The translations under genes were made by a program, and so were the position numbers. Positions 1-13,200 of a stretch of 64,000 bases of DNA are shown in pieces. Every line of letters begins with the position of its first letter. Position 1 is the first letter of the stretch. The notes beneath the pieces were generated by a model that worked only from the letters and a program-made list of their open reading frames with translations, had not been told where the DNA came from and did not search any database. This stretch comes from Klebsormidium nitens (taxonomy: Eukaryota > Plantae > Klebsormidiophyceae): NCBI GenBank assembly GCA_000708835.1, contig DF237062.1, positions 124,001-188,000 of the forward strand. Reading direction: 5' to 3'.

Positions 1-3000
1 ATCTCGCTGGACACGGCGCGCAGGCAGGCCGCGGAGCGGGGGCACTCGCTGCTGGACGAGCTGCGGATACTGCTGGTGGGTTAAGCTAACCGGGTTTATT
101 CCGGTCAATGTTGGAGGTTTGGCAGAGTTGGGGTTTCTCCTGGTGGGTTAGGTTGACCATGAATGCGAACCCGGGGTTAGAGTCTTGTCCCAAAGAAATC
201 TTGGGGTCTGGGTCTATCACTGGCGGAGGAAAAGTCGTCGTTCCCATCAAATGATGCATGCATCCAAGTTGTAGACGGCTTGCCGCTTGTTCTGGCACAT
301 GCAACTTCTTTTTCTCAGCTCTTTTACGTCTGCCTTTCTGACGCCCCAGCTTCTGAGGCCCCACAAACTTGCACCCGAGGCGTACCGTCTGCCGCCCTCG
401 TTGTATTGTACTCTAAAGCTTTCTATCTTGGAAAACGAGTCCCCAATCCAGATCCAGTTGCCTTCCTCGTCAAGCTTCCCCGTTCCTGACGTCCACAATC
501 TGCAGATCAGTGGGGTTTGAAGTTTGATGCATCGTTCTGGTCTACGACCACGAGGCGAGCGCTGGGACTCTAATTTGAGCATCCTCGACCCCAAAAGTTT
601 TTGAAGTTTGACTTAGTTCAATACTCGAACGCGAAAGTCTTGCATGGCAAGTTTTTGGCGGGTAGCTGGGGATAAGGACGACAAAGCCGTCGAAAACCTT
701 GAACCCATCAAACCAAATGACCAAACAAACAATGAGCATCTCTGAATCGCCCAATACCTGCACCCCAGGTTCACGGCCTGCCTCACCGACCCCGAGGCCG
801 TTGAACCACAACACCCAAAAAAGTCAAAAGAATTTGAACTCCAAATCCGTGAAACCGTACAGTTTCGTTCCCTAATCCGCCCACCATTTCGCACCCTAGG
901 TTCATGGTTTGCTGCACTTGTTGGATTACGACCATGAGGCGAGCGCAGAGGAGGAGGTCGCGATGGCGGCGGAGGAGCAGCGCATCCTGGAGGCCATGGG
1001 ATGGACGGGAAAGGGCCTCATTGAGGCGATGAGCGGTGAGCGAGCGAAACTGGCGAAACTCAAAGCGCAGGAAACGAATGGTGGAAGAACGGAAGAGATA
1101 GAAACGCAGGAGATGAGAGAAGAGAAAGAGGAGGAGGAGGGGGATTCTGAGAGGTGGGAGACGAACGGTGGGAAAGAAGAGACGAGAGTGTTTGAAAAGC
1201 AGGAGGCTGACGGTGAGAAAGAGGAGACGGAAGAGCCCCGAAAAGCGGGAGACGAACGGTAGATAAGCGGAGGAGCCCAATTTCTGAAGTCGGGGACGGG
1301 GTTTCTCTTGTCAGGATCGAATGTGCTGTGCTACATTCTCTTTCGGTGACACCTTAAGAGGGTGTCATGGAAAGAAGCATGCAAGTGGCGTGGGGCTTGT
1401 GTCAATTCTGTTTCAAGGATGATCTAGCCGGGGGGGGACAAAAGCATTGGGTAGGAGGCCCGTATCTCTGGATTTGGCAGTGCGAGTGGGATTACTCCTG
1501 AGCAAAGATTGGACCAGGCATCCCAGAGGCCAAAACAAGGAGGGTACTTGTGCACTTGTACAAACTTCAAGAGGGCTTAGAATGACCTGTACTTTTCTCG
1601 ACGAGTGGTTTTTCAGACGCATCCAACCGTATTACTTACCTAAGCGCCTCGCTTGAGGGCGTGTACTATATCCTCCGCCGTCGAGTTGGCAAAGGCGTCG
1701 ATTAAATGTTCAAGACTGACGCAACTGACGCCGCGTTGGTCGAAACGGCGTCGGCTGATAGTAGGTCTTGATCAATGTCGAACCAGACGCGGGTAGCCTC
1801 CAAACGGCCTTGGTCGATGAAAACTTCAGATTCACCTCATTGGAGCACGCCACATATACGCTATCAGGATATGTGAGGAATTATTTCCTGCTTTGAGGTT
1901 GTGCAGATCGTGTTTGAAACGAGTCTTGTCAGCTGGATTCAAGAGCTCGCCGTAGCAGACTCCATCATAAGCGCATCGCAGATACACAAACCAAGAGGCT
2001 CAATGCAGTCCGATATTGGAGTTTGTGTTTGGCCATCGTCTGTTGCCCGTACAAGCCGCTCGATGCACCATATTCTGCTGTTCTCGGCGACAAATTACCC
2101 TTCTTATCACTGACGACAAATGGCACAGGGGTCGCCTTTCAAGCCGCATAATTTCTGACAATCTTCTTCGCATCGACTTCGATTTGAGCCCCTGTCCTTC
2201 AGAAAGTCCCAGTCATGGGAAAAAATTGGTCGGGAATCTCGGAGTACTGCCAAAGCGGTAGCCGAAAGTCGCCTTGATGGAGAATGCTGCTCGGAGGAAG
2301 AAACATATTCATCCAACTCGGCGAACCATCACAGTTCAGAGATTCCTGAAAGTGCCCGATATGAACCCCTCTGCCTGCAGCTGCCCCGTCAACCCCCGAG
2401 CCCCGCGACCGCCCGGCCGAGACGTCCGCACCCTCGAGCCCGACCCGCGCCGAGAACGGCCTTCGGCCCGGCAGAGCGCGCGAGTACTTGGACATCAAAG
2501 TTTTGTTTCTGGACATGGACGGAACGCTCCTAAACAGCGCCACGCGGCTGAGCAAGAAGACCGCCGATGCGTGCCGGGCCGCGCTGGCGCGGGGCGTCAA
2601 GCTGTGCATCGCGACCGGGAAGGTGAGCTGGTGATTTTCGGTTTAAATGATGTGTTCTGAGGTCCAGTGAGATCGTTGTAAGACTTGCGGTCAAACATGC
2701 TTCTTGAGCGCGGTTACGGGTTTGGTTCGAAGCTGTTGGGCATGTGGGCGGCGGATCTGGCAGCCTCCGAATTGAGAAGTGCAAAGCGTACGACCACAGT
2801 TGGAGAAGGGTGATGCCCTTTGCAGACCCCGCTCTGATCAGCTTACTTCACGGGGGAGATTCAGTTCCTCAGTAGCGCCTCTCTCATCGTCGGAGCCGTT
2901 CCGTGCTAACGTCACTTCCGATCTTCTCTTCGTTCCAAGCTGACGTCACACACGTATTCCCGCGCAGGCTCGCCCGGCCGCGATCGACGCGTGCTCGGTT

Positions 3001-5852
3001 CAGGGCTTAAGCGGCCCGGGGGGCGTGGTTTCTACGTCGTCTCCAGGCGTCTTTCTGCAAGGGTTGAATGTCTACGGTGAAGAGGGCGTCATCGTTCACA
3101 GCCAGGTGTTGGAAGAGGCCATCATCAGAGAGGTGGGCTAAGAAAATCGCTTTGGTGAAATGTAGGGAAGGGCTGAGGGTCGAGACTGGGTTGGACCAGG
3201 ACAAACGTCAGAGAAGTGGGTCAGGAGAACCGTTTTGGTAAAAAATAGGTCAAGGGCTGCGGGGTTAAGATATTATCTTCAATTTTGCAATGTAAGCTTT
3301 TAAGCAACAGTCAGCTCACCAGCTTGGGACGGGTAGGGTTAGTTTGGGGGGTAGGGTGGGTTCGGGTGCGGAGCGGGTGAATCTGTGGGTTAGGTTCTTA
3401 GTGTTAGTGCGGGAGCTTACTATTGCTAAAGCTTACTATTGCTAAAGCTTACTATTGCTAAAGTGAAGAGACATGGGTTAAGGTGGGGTTGAGGGCTGAT
3501 GGTTTGCGGTGAAAAGGGCACAATCATTCACAGCCAGGAGCTGGACCAGGTAATCATCCGAGAAGTGAGTAAGGGGAAGCGTGTTGGTTTGGGCTGGGTT
3601 AGAGGCTCATGGTTAAGGCCTGGTCAAGGGCTGAGGATTACGTGGAAGAGGGCATCACTCTGCACAGCCGTGGGCTTGATTAGGCAGTTAACCGTGGATC
3701 GCGTCGTACCTTGCACATGCTTACGGCTGCGTCAAAGGTTTGAGTCGTGCTTCTTCTCGATCTTCATCGTGCTCGGGTAATGAGCGAGAGATGCGTCGTC
3801 AGTCTGTTGCAATGATTAGGAGCGGCACAAGAGGATTGAGACAACCCGCCGCCGATCGACGTGTTTCAAAACAATTGAAGCTAGGTTCCCATCACCGTCA
3901 CCCTTTTGGCCGGACAAAAACTGGTATCGTCTTTTGTGGGGAAACAGGCGGACCGCAGAGGAATGAAATGGCTGGGGGACAGGTCGCTATCGTCTATGTT
4001 TTGACGTCAAAAACATTGACGCTTCACATTCGTTGTTTCTAAGTGGTTTTGCAAAGTTTACCTCAAACCCTGTCCTTGCGCGTCTGAACTCCTTGAGGCT
4101 AATACTGCAGACTGGGATTGTTATGTGAAGATCGGATGGCTGCGACGCGATTTCGGCCATCTTTAGCTTCTGCGGTCCGCCTGGAAAGGGTTCCCAGTTC
4201 GAAAGCGGGCTCAAAAGTCCTCTTGGCTGTCGCCCATCTCATCCAACTGAGCTTTCCCGGCTGCTTGAGACCTGCTTGCTCAAGATAGTCGCACCTCTAC
4301 TAACCTTCTGCTCGCTCCGCAGGCGTTCGCCTTTTCTGTGGAGAACCGGATAGCGCTGGCGGGCTTCTCCGGCGACCGCTGCGTGACGCTGTTCGAGCAT
4401 CCGCTGATCGACAAGCTGCACACCACGTACTACGAGCCGAAGGTGAGCATCCAGAGCTTGGAATGTTCCAAGCAAGTTTGAGAGATTGTGGGCAGAAAAC
4501 AGAAGGACGTCCGAAAACGGTAACTTCGCACGGTTGGCCAGCTGTGTAATCTGGTCGTCGGACCACTACTTCTGGCCCTGTTTCGCTGTGACCAAGGACT
4601 GTCAATAGATCGAAGTTTTTGACGATTGGGGGTTCACCTTTTACAATTTACGGATGATGCTCTTGAATCGAGGGCCCTATGAGACCGCTTTGCGGCTGCG
4701 ACATCCTCGCAAACCTAGCTCCAATCAGCACGCGAAGACCTCCTTGTAGTGCAGATCTGCGAGTAGAACCTTGCAAAGTCGGTCAACTAATCGTGCTCCT
4801 CGCCTTGTCAATCCACAAGTTACCCAAACCGTACCTATTCGCTCAGCGCGAGTTCCTCCCGTCCAAACTGATCCTCGATATCACAACCCGTGCAAAGCTA
4901 CTTAACTACCGTGCTTTTCGGGTTTCTCAAGAATTCACGAAACCGTAACATTGCGCCCAGGCCGAGATCTTCCCGTCCGTCGACGCCCTCCTCGCGTCCG
5001 CCCCGATCAACAAGCTCCTGTTCTACGACACGCCCGCAACCATCCATCCGATGCGGTCCCTCTGGGAAGAGCGCGTTTTCGGCAAAGCGAACATCACGCA
5101 AGCCGTCCCCGAGATGCTGGAGATCCTGCCGTTTGGCGCGTCCAAGGGTGACGGCGTGCGGCGCCTGATGGCCCACCTAGAGGTTTCGCGGGACCAGGTG
5201 AGATAGTGCTGAGCTTGCGAAGCTTTAGCTTTCCCTTCGAATTTGTTTGTGGTGCTGCGCTTAGTAAAGGCGGAACGGAAATGGATGTACAGAGCCTGTC
5301 CCCGTCACGCGCTCCTTGTGCAGGCTGTTCTCGTGCCGGACTTTGGCAATGGGGAACTCGTTGCCTCAGGCGGATCAACCAGCGGAGTCCTAGGCGGATT
5401 GCACACTTGGGATCATGCTCCAGTTCGGGAAAGCGTCAGAGCGCCGGTTTTGTTGTTGCTGTTTTGCTTCTTTCCTTCCTCATCGGCTCGCGAGATTCCT
5501 TGCGAGATTTCTTCGGCCCACTTGGTCTTGCTGAAGCCCCTGCCTAGGATCGGTCCAACAAGCTGGGGCAGTATGGATGACGTCACTGTTCTGGGGGGCA
5601 ACTGATTTTCAGGAACAGAGGAAACAAACAACAATCTCTCTTAACTACGAGTCCGAAGTACCCTCTTCTTTGTCACAGGTGATGGCCGTAGGCGACGGCG
5701 AGAACGATTTGGAGATGCTCCAGATCGCGGGGCTCGGCGTGGCAATGGCCAACGGCGCGCCCGTGACGCTGGAGGCCGCGCACGCCCACGTGGGCAGCAA
5801 CGACGAGGATGGCGTCGCGGAGGCGATCGAGCGGTTCATTCTGTCGCAATGA
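1..5852 (+). CDS. ybeY: YbeY endoribonuclease / Cof-type HAD hydrolase fusion (probably plastid-targeted); 5' part lies upstream of the window
   Basis: Exons <1-75, 900-1035, 2381-2622, 2968-3132, 4323-4442, 4961-5197, 5679-5852. All introns are GT-AG and phase-consistent. The translation has the YbeY zinc motif [38 protein letters not shown], then HAD motifs VLFLDMDGTLLNS, IATGK, EILPFGASKG and AVGDGENDLEML..GVAMANG..SNDEDGVAEAIERF. This matches the known green-plant YbeY+HAD architecture. Confidence 0.93.
527..567 (+). repeat. Decayed intronic copy of part of ybeY exon 900-1035
   Basis: gtttgatgcatcgttctggtctacgaccacgaggcgagcgc versus exon gtttgctgcacttgttggattacgaccatgaggcgagcgc. The core tacgaccaYgaggcgagcgc matches at 19 of 20 positions. 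Confidence 0.6.
3190..3700 (+). repeat. Decayed intronic copies of the 3' end and donor of ybeY exon 2968-3132
   Basis: 3499-3570 translates VCGEKGTIIHSQELDQVIIRE followed by gtgagt, versus exon VYGEEGVIVHSQVLEEAIIRE followed by gtgggc. Weaker copies lie at ~3192-3220 and ~3640-3700. Confidence 0.7.
3283..3463. mobile_element. MITE-like element with tandem-repeat inverted arms and a G-rich core
   Basis: Right arm is (gcttactattgctaaa)x3 at 3415-3462. Left arm ttttgcaatgtaagcttttaagcaacagt is its degenerate reverse complement. The internal core gggacgggtagggtt...gggtgggttcgggtgcggagc is shared with five other sites. Confidence 0.6.
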
Positions 5853-7236
5853 CAGCAGCTGCATTCGTCCTTGCGTTCACAATGTTGTCTCATAATTGTA
5901 TCTGCAGCGATGATGGTGCATCTTATTGCCGGTGCTGCGATAGGTTTGCGAACGGTGTATGTCGCAACATCCGGAAACGTCAAGGCATGCAGAAGAAAGT
6001 AAAGTTATACCGAGAGATAGAAGAAGGCAGAGCTTCCAGCAGTGAGTGTAAGTACGCACGTTGATCAGATCCTATATGGTACACGGGTCTCGGCATTGGC
6101 TGGATAAACTTAGGTGAAAAGGCGTAATGCGAGGATGGAGGCGTTTGCCAAGGTTTCTGAAATCTGCATCAGACTCAACGCTTTTGATTACGAAGAATTA
6201 TGCAAACGTCATCACGTTATAGAACGGACATGCGGGCACCTGATCAGTCCGTGCACGCCGCGGCCGCGATAGATCACGATCTTGGATTTCAAGGGGAATA
6301 GTCTCGAAGATTTTGTTTCCCGGGTCTCCGGGTATGCATGTCGTAGCTTTCAAACTGCGGGCCGGCGAGGACTCATGCATAGAATAGACTTCACGCATGA
6401 CAATTATTCCGACATGTCGGCCCGTATATATACCTCAGTATAACTGCTATGACGCAATTTCCGGAATTCTTTGTGCGCCCTGGACGTTTGCAGCTGCATC
6501 CATGACTTCATCATGAAAGGCCTTCACCACGACATGCCCATGCAGCCGGATTAGCTTCCTGCGGAAAGAGCTCAATCTGCTTTTCCAAACAATGATTTTC
6601 GATATTGTTGTGCAGGGCTTGACGAAGGTCTTACGGACAGCATTCAACATCCCGTAGTGCCTGAATCATGAAGAGATGAGACATAAATCTCGTATGCACA
6701 CCCGGCGAGTAACGTTCGTGACAACAAGTCTTGCAAAAGAAGTCCTCTATCATGGTACTATGCAGATATCCTAGCTTACATTTATTTGGTAACCTGGTTT
6801 TTAAGACTATAGCCGGAGATTTCACCCCAAACTCGGTGACTACTGCTCAATCCCACACACAACGATTCATGCTGCGATCATTCAATTTAAGGAGGCGCGG
6901 ACGCACTTTGTGTTGGCCCATCCGGGCCGGCCCGGTAACTATACGTTTTTGATCTCGTTCGACTAACTACCGAGGCACAAGCTTGAGTGCGCTTGGTGCT
7001 TTTGAGGTTTGACGCACAGCACGTCGGAAAGATGCAGCCTCGACAGCTTGATCTCGCTCCGATTGAGACTTTCAATCCCTCATCTCCCACTCCATGCAGA
7101 AAGACAAGTGCATTTCTAAAAGCGCGGCCCTTCGCCGAAATCCGACACCCGTAGCCCGTTTCCAGTCCCTTGAGATCACCAGAATCCTTTCTTTCCGCGC
7201 ATTTGATGCTGAGCCGCGCCGCGATTATGTCATTTC

Positions 7237-10200
7237 TCAGGGACCTCCCTCCGCACCTGGCAGAACCACCCAGTCGCTATCGATTCTCGTCGCTTCCTTA
7301 TCCTCCCGACGCATCTGTTCGGCTTCCTTGGCCGCGTCTTCGGGAAATACCCTTTCAAAGTCGTCGTTTCTAAATCCCGTCACGTCAGCTGCTCCCATCT
7401 CCGCAACGCCACGTGGCATAATCTCTTCGTGTCCCGGCCCCTCAGCGCCAAAAGTACCAGTCGGGGGTTCCTCCATATCCTCGTCGCCTTCTGCCACGGC
7501 CGCGCTCGCGCTCCCGGTCAACACCGCCGCCGCGGCCGCGTTTTCTGCCAAACCCCTCGCCACGCCCGGGTCCTCTCCCAAACCCTCTGTCGCGGCCGCG
7601 CCGATAGAGCCGCCTACTTCAGGCTGCTGATTCTGCAAAAAGCCCTCTCCGTCTTCCGTTTCCGGGTCCGTTTCCGTTTCTATTTCCGCTCTGCGAAGCG
7701 CAACTCGCAGGCTCGTTTCTCCCGTCGTTCCCGTCTTCTGCGACTCCTCGGGTTTGCCGCTTTGAGTCTTGTCCATCGGAGGCGTGGCCGCGGCGCGCAG
7801 GGCGACCGCCCGAGGTTTGAACTCATGCCTGTTCTCAAGAGAGGGAGATAACGCATAAGCTTTTACAGTATAACTGCAAGATGTTGTGACGGCTATATCG
7901 AGGCGAGGGTGCAAATAGGAGTCCGGCGAGTAAAATACCCCGACTCCATACGACTCTGCCATCGTGACGAGGCGACTCCGTATAACCAGCTGTTGCAACA
8001 TGAGGTTTGTTTAAATGATTGCTTGAGCATAGGAACCTGGCCGCTGTTAATATTGAAAGTGCGACCAATATCCGGTCTCCCAAAAAGCGAGGGGATGCAG
8101 GCAGCTGATCAGCACTCACAAAACAACGTTTCCGAGAAAAAATCCGACAGTACACAGCAAAAACTGCAAGTCGATCATGCATCAAACGCGTTCGCTTGAA
8201 AGACGCAAATTGGGCCGTTTGGGGTTTTGATATCCAGATTCCGAACAAGGTATCGCGCGCTGCCGGGAAGCGGTGCGGACAACGTCTGGCTGAGCCGATC
8301 GTAGGCAGACGTTGTACCGGGTCACAGCTCGTACCTCTGCGGCGCGCTTGGCCGCGCGAGGGGGCGACCGGTGGAGCACCCCGCCTGGTGCTCGAACCGT
8401 TCTTGCACCGACGGAAAAGCAGAGCCGCACTTTTCGCACCCTGGCTTCCCGGGCCAGCAAACCGACTCCCCGTGCTGCCTCGCCTCACCCAGCGTGTCGA
8501 ACTCCTTGAAGCACCGGTCGCAGCTGCGGGGAAGCCGAGTTTACCGGTCATTCTTGGATCTCAAGCTGGCAATTCACGATGGTTGGCGTCACGATATAAA
8601 GTTTCTGGAGTTTCGATGTCAGCAAACAGAGCGCCGCTCAACCCCAAATTGAAACTGGGTTTTGGACCAGCTTAGATGCTTCGGAGGGGCAGGTTTTGTT
8701 ACCACTCTCTCTGACCATTAATCTATATTACCTGTGAAGTCGACCGGCGAATGCCATATGTGCTGTACAGGATAAACGCCTTCTTCCATGCGCCGCTCAA
8801 ATTCAAGATAGTTCTACAAAAGTCGATCCTGCTCTCACCGGTAGTGGCCTCGGGGCGGCCCGCACGCGCCCGCCATCCCGTTCAGGACCGCGCACTGCGC
8901 CTGGTGAGCGTCGCGCACCGCGGCCGCGGCGAAGCGCTCGCCGCACTTCCAGCAGACGAACGCCACGGCGCACGCGCGCAGGTGCGCGAGCAGCGGCGTG
9001 AGCGCGCAGAGGTCAAGGTCGCAGTTGGGGCACTGCGTGAGGCGTCGCGCGCGCGCGCCCGGGGGACTGTCCCGGGCGCCCGCGCTCTCCAGGCAGGTGT
9101 CCCGCATGTGGGCGATGAGTTCCGTTCCGGTGGAGAAGTCCAGGGAACAAACCGGGCACCGGAAGCCGGTTGAGCAGCCTCCGAGGGGGTTGGCCTGGAG
9201 AACGGGGCGAGGCCAGGGAGCGAGCGGCGGACCGAGAACGAAGTGGGAGCCGTCTTTTTCTTCCGCTTCATTTGCAGGGGTGTTTGATTCGCTGTTGCCT
9301 GCGGTGGCCTTTGGCTTGCTGCTGCCTGCACTTGCGTTTGCTTTGCTGCTGCTCGGCCCAGCGGCCACACCGGTGCTGCCACTTGGCGGCAGCCCACAGG
9401 CCCCCGCGTGCGTCTCCAGGTCAGCCAGCCGCGAGAACTTCTTCTCGCAGATTGGGCACTCCCTTCCGTCCTCGAAGCCCCACGCGGCCGCTTCGGCGGC
9501 CGGATCCCCGCAGATTGCCACGTGGACGCCCGCCTGGCCCTCGTCGGTGAAGGTCGCCGAGCAGAGCGGGCAGGTGTAAATCGGCTCCGCTGCGCGCGCG
9601 GGCTCGTTGTCCAGGCCGCACCCGTCCACGTGGCGCTCGAGCGCGCGCGCGCTCTCGAAGCGCGCTTCGCACATCGGGCAGCCGAATTCTGTCGGCTCCG
9701 CGGCCGCCTCGGGCTCCTCCGCGGCCGCGTCCTCGTCCATGGATTCCGTTTCCGCCGCATCGGGGTCGTTGACCGGAACGGCGACCAGCACGACCGACGA
9801 CGCGTCCACGACGCGCGCGCGCGTGTGCAAGGGCGTCGCCGCCTTGTCGCCCACCTTCTTTTTCCTTTTCTCCAGCCGGCGCTTCTTCTCCTGGGGGGTG
9901 TACTCCTCCGCCGGATCTTCCCCCTCCTCGCAATCATCCTCGGGCACGTGGCCTTCCACGCGGATCTTAAACCGGAACGTCTGCACGCGCTCGCAGTCCC
10001 CCGCGCAGCTGAACGTTTGGCAGTGGGGGGTATCGGAGAAGGCGCAGTTGAGCGGTTCGGGCCGCCCCGTTGCGTACAGATTGATCCAGTCGAGTCTGTA
10101 CCGGAGAATGGGCGTGACGAGGTCGTTACCCCCCCGCGCGAGAGCTTCTTGCATGACGTTGGCAATCCCGCTCGAGCGAATGACCCACGCGAGAGAAGTG

Positions 10201-13200
10201 GGCGTTGGAGGCGGCACGTGCCAGTAAGGTTGCTCGGGCTCGGGCAGGGTCGAATATTCCTCGGTCACGTCAGCCAGCCTGATTGAGAGATGAGGGAAGA
10301 AAAGATCTAAACAAATTTGAAATCACAACCTAAGTTGCGGATTGTTCCATCCAAGAATTCTAAGTTTGTCAACGACCTCTTTAACATCGAAAAGAACGGA
10401 GGCTTTTGATGCAATGCTCGGTGTGTGATTTTGGTTGCAGACGAAGCTAGGAAGCCTGAAAGTCGAGAAGAAACCTAGGGCCTGGCAGCACAAGTCAGGC
10501 CCCCATTAACGGATATATCTGCCGCTGATGCTCAATCCTTAAGGTGCAGACCAGGTGACAAATCGAAACCACAAGGGATTTCAAAAGCCAACACATGACA
10601 GGATGAAAACCCTTCAAAATGCAAGGATGAATATTTGAGAACTGGGTTGCTACCCGAACGAAATTGCACTTGCAGAGCTCTGAGGCACAGACAAAAGGAA
10701 CGAATAAAAGAAAACTTAAGCTTTCAAAGTGCTAGAGTGCCAGAGCCCTGGAAAGTCGATGAAAAACAAGGAACGAAGTTAGTGACGTCACCATTGAATC
10801 AGCCGCGAAAGCATTCTCATCAACACGTGATTAGGAAAGCCGACATCTACTCACTTTGCGAACGCAATGAGAATGTTTGTGAGCGACGATGGGTCCAGTT
10901 CATCCTGCGTGGCCTGCAGTGGAAAGTCGAGCCGCGGCCGCGGCTGGAGCCTTCTTGCGTACTCGACCAGGTATGGCAGGAGGCCTTGCTCGACCAGCGG
11001 CTGTATCAAAAACACGACACGACCCAGTTGGACGCCGTCCCTGATGCGGTCGTGCGCGAACGAAGAAGAAGCTATTTGAGGCTCGTTTCTCAGCGCCAGA
11101 GACTGACTAAAGAGGGGTAAAATGGATCTGGATCGACGACTTCTGAGCGAGAAGAGCACCACAAAAAAGGCTAGACGAAAAGCCATCTCTGAGCTCTATA
11201 ATTCACAATCTCATCCAGCAGAGTAAGAAGTTACGAGGAAGCTTTGAAGTTGCGGAAGACGTTGCACCAAAGTCAGGACTTCCAGTTGGAAAAGCTGAAC
11301 CGAGCAGAAACGTACGCGCGCACCTTGACGAGGTTCTTGTCCGCCAGGATGCACGCGCACAGCACGCCGGCGGCGAACGCGTCGCTCTGCTTCGCGCGCT
11401 CGATGAGCGCGCGCAGGTCCGCGAACAGCTGCTCCATGGGCGCGTGCGCGCGCTGTTCGGTGCTGAGGCCGCCTTGGAGCGGCGCAATGAGCCGCAGTAT
11501 GAGCAGGCAAATGATGTGGACGAGCCGGCCTGCACCGGGGAACGTAACGGTCGAGTGGTCAGAGGGACGAGCGTTAAGCAAGAGGACGTAGTGGGGAATA
11601 TGGCGCTGATGCGGCCGTCGAGGGGCGCGCAGAGACACCAGACGGGTGGAATGGGAAGAGCTAGATTCGGCGAAGGAGGGGTAAGGCGACTAGCGTTTCG
11701 CGATGCAGAAGTGGTTTGAGGGGTCTCAGGGGAGAACAATTTACCATGGAAAGGGCTGGCCGCTGAAGTGACAGGCCAGTCAGCAGATTCATCTGGGAAA
11801 CTTTCATGGCGTTTGTCAACTGATAGCATCAAGCTGCAAGCAAGAAAACAACGAAACTCTCGCCTTGCCGTCTCTTTGGGGGCCGCACATTAGAGGACGG
11901 CAGGCCGGTAGGGGAAAGGTCGACGAACGAACAAAGAATCTGAAGTGCAAGCGTTTTGAAACTGAATCAACTGACTGATTGTCCATTTGAGAACCCTTCA
12001 GGAGCCGGTTTCGGGTCGTTTGACTCGAGCAGACGAGCAGCAGCACTCTCATAAGCTTGCAAAGATGCGCGTTGCACAGTAAGATGCGCAAAGCTGGCAC
12101 ACGCCCGCGCGCGCGCTCACCCGCGTACTCCGGAGGCGCGCGCTGGGTCAGCTTGCGGACCAGCTCAAAACCGTCGGCGTCCAGAAACTCGCCCACCGCA
12201 TTTCCCCAGCCGCACCCCCCCTTGACCACGAGAACTTGTTCCAATCGCGAAAGGAGCAGGTAGTAAAAGTCGAAGCCCCCCAGGTTTGTTCTGGTCAGGA
12301 GGAGGCCGCACTGGACGAGCCGGCTGATTTTGGCCTTCATTTTGGCGAGCGTGTCTTGCTGTGTCGCGGGATCGTGGATGCGGATGTAGTCCGGCGGAAG
12401 TTCGGCGAAGGAGATGATTACGGGGGAGAGGGGGACGCAGACCTCCTTGCCTGTCATAGTACGAGATGGGGTTGTCGGGAGAAGCTAAACGAGAAAGCAA
12501 CGAAAGAACGGAACTTAAGGTTCAAATGAGTCGCTCACGAATTGGCGCAGACATTCGTGGGTGTGGTCCTGCGTCGACAGGGGATACGGACCTCCTTGCC
12601 TGTGACACGAACAGATGGCGGGGTCGCGAGAAGTTGGACAAAAACAGACGGAGGGACGGAGTTTCGAAGGTCTAGAGTGAGTGGCTGTCCGGTTTGGCTG
12701 CTTGAACAGCTTAGTTAGCTGAAGAAGATTCATAGAAGTTTAGCTTCGGTCCTTCCTGCAAAAGACGCAGGAAAGACTGAGTTCAGATGCACATCAAGAG
12801 ACGAACAAAGACATGAGCGGGGAGGAAGTTTGTCAGAGACGGAAATTAGTATATCAAGATCTTGCGGGCTTATCGAAGCCCTGGTGAAGCGAGAGAGAGC
12901 AAACCAACATGCCGGAACCCCGAAGTCGCTTGACCGGGCCGGGTGCTGATGTAAATATGAGCAGTACAAATGAAAACGCGCCTACCTTGACGTTGCAATT
13001 GTTAAAAGCATTTGCTGTCGGACAAAGCGAGCCCAGGACCGCTTTCAGCCTGGAGACTTGGGTCACCTGATCTTCGAACCACCGACTTCAGCAGCGGCCT
13101 AAGTTACCGTCTCAAACGTCTCGCAATGTTGAGAAGATGGAGTTTAGCTTTCTCTTTGAAGAATCAGATCCCAAGTTCACCTTTGGGTGCGGCCGCAGCC

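Noticed and set aside
6447-6825. Two adjacent minus-strand ORFs between ybeY and the C2HC gene
   Set aside because: Short, in different frames and without a recognisable family.
7835-8675. ORFs of 238 aa (-) and 159 aa (+) inside the last intron of the C2HC gene
   Set aside because: No recognisable domain or convincing splice context. A nested fragment cannot be excluded.
8882-10286. Long overlapping ORFs (8882-10165 -, 9408-10286 +, 9607-10227 +, 8998-9579 +)
   Set aside because: Shadow frames of the GC-rich zinc-finger exon, with Arg/Ala/Pro-biased translations and no motifs.
12854-13066. Candidate extra exon of the C2HC gene (TQVSRLKAVLGSL...NVK followed by gtaggc)
   Set aside because: Its phases do not fit the flanking exons, which join directly.
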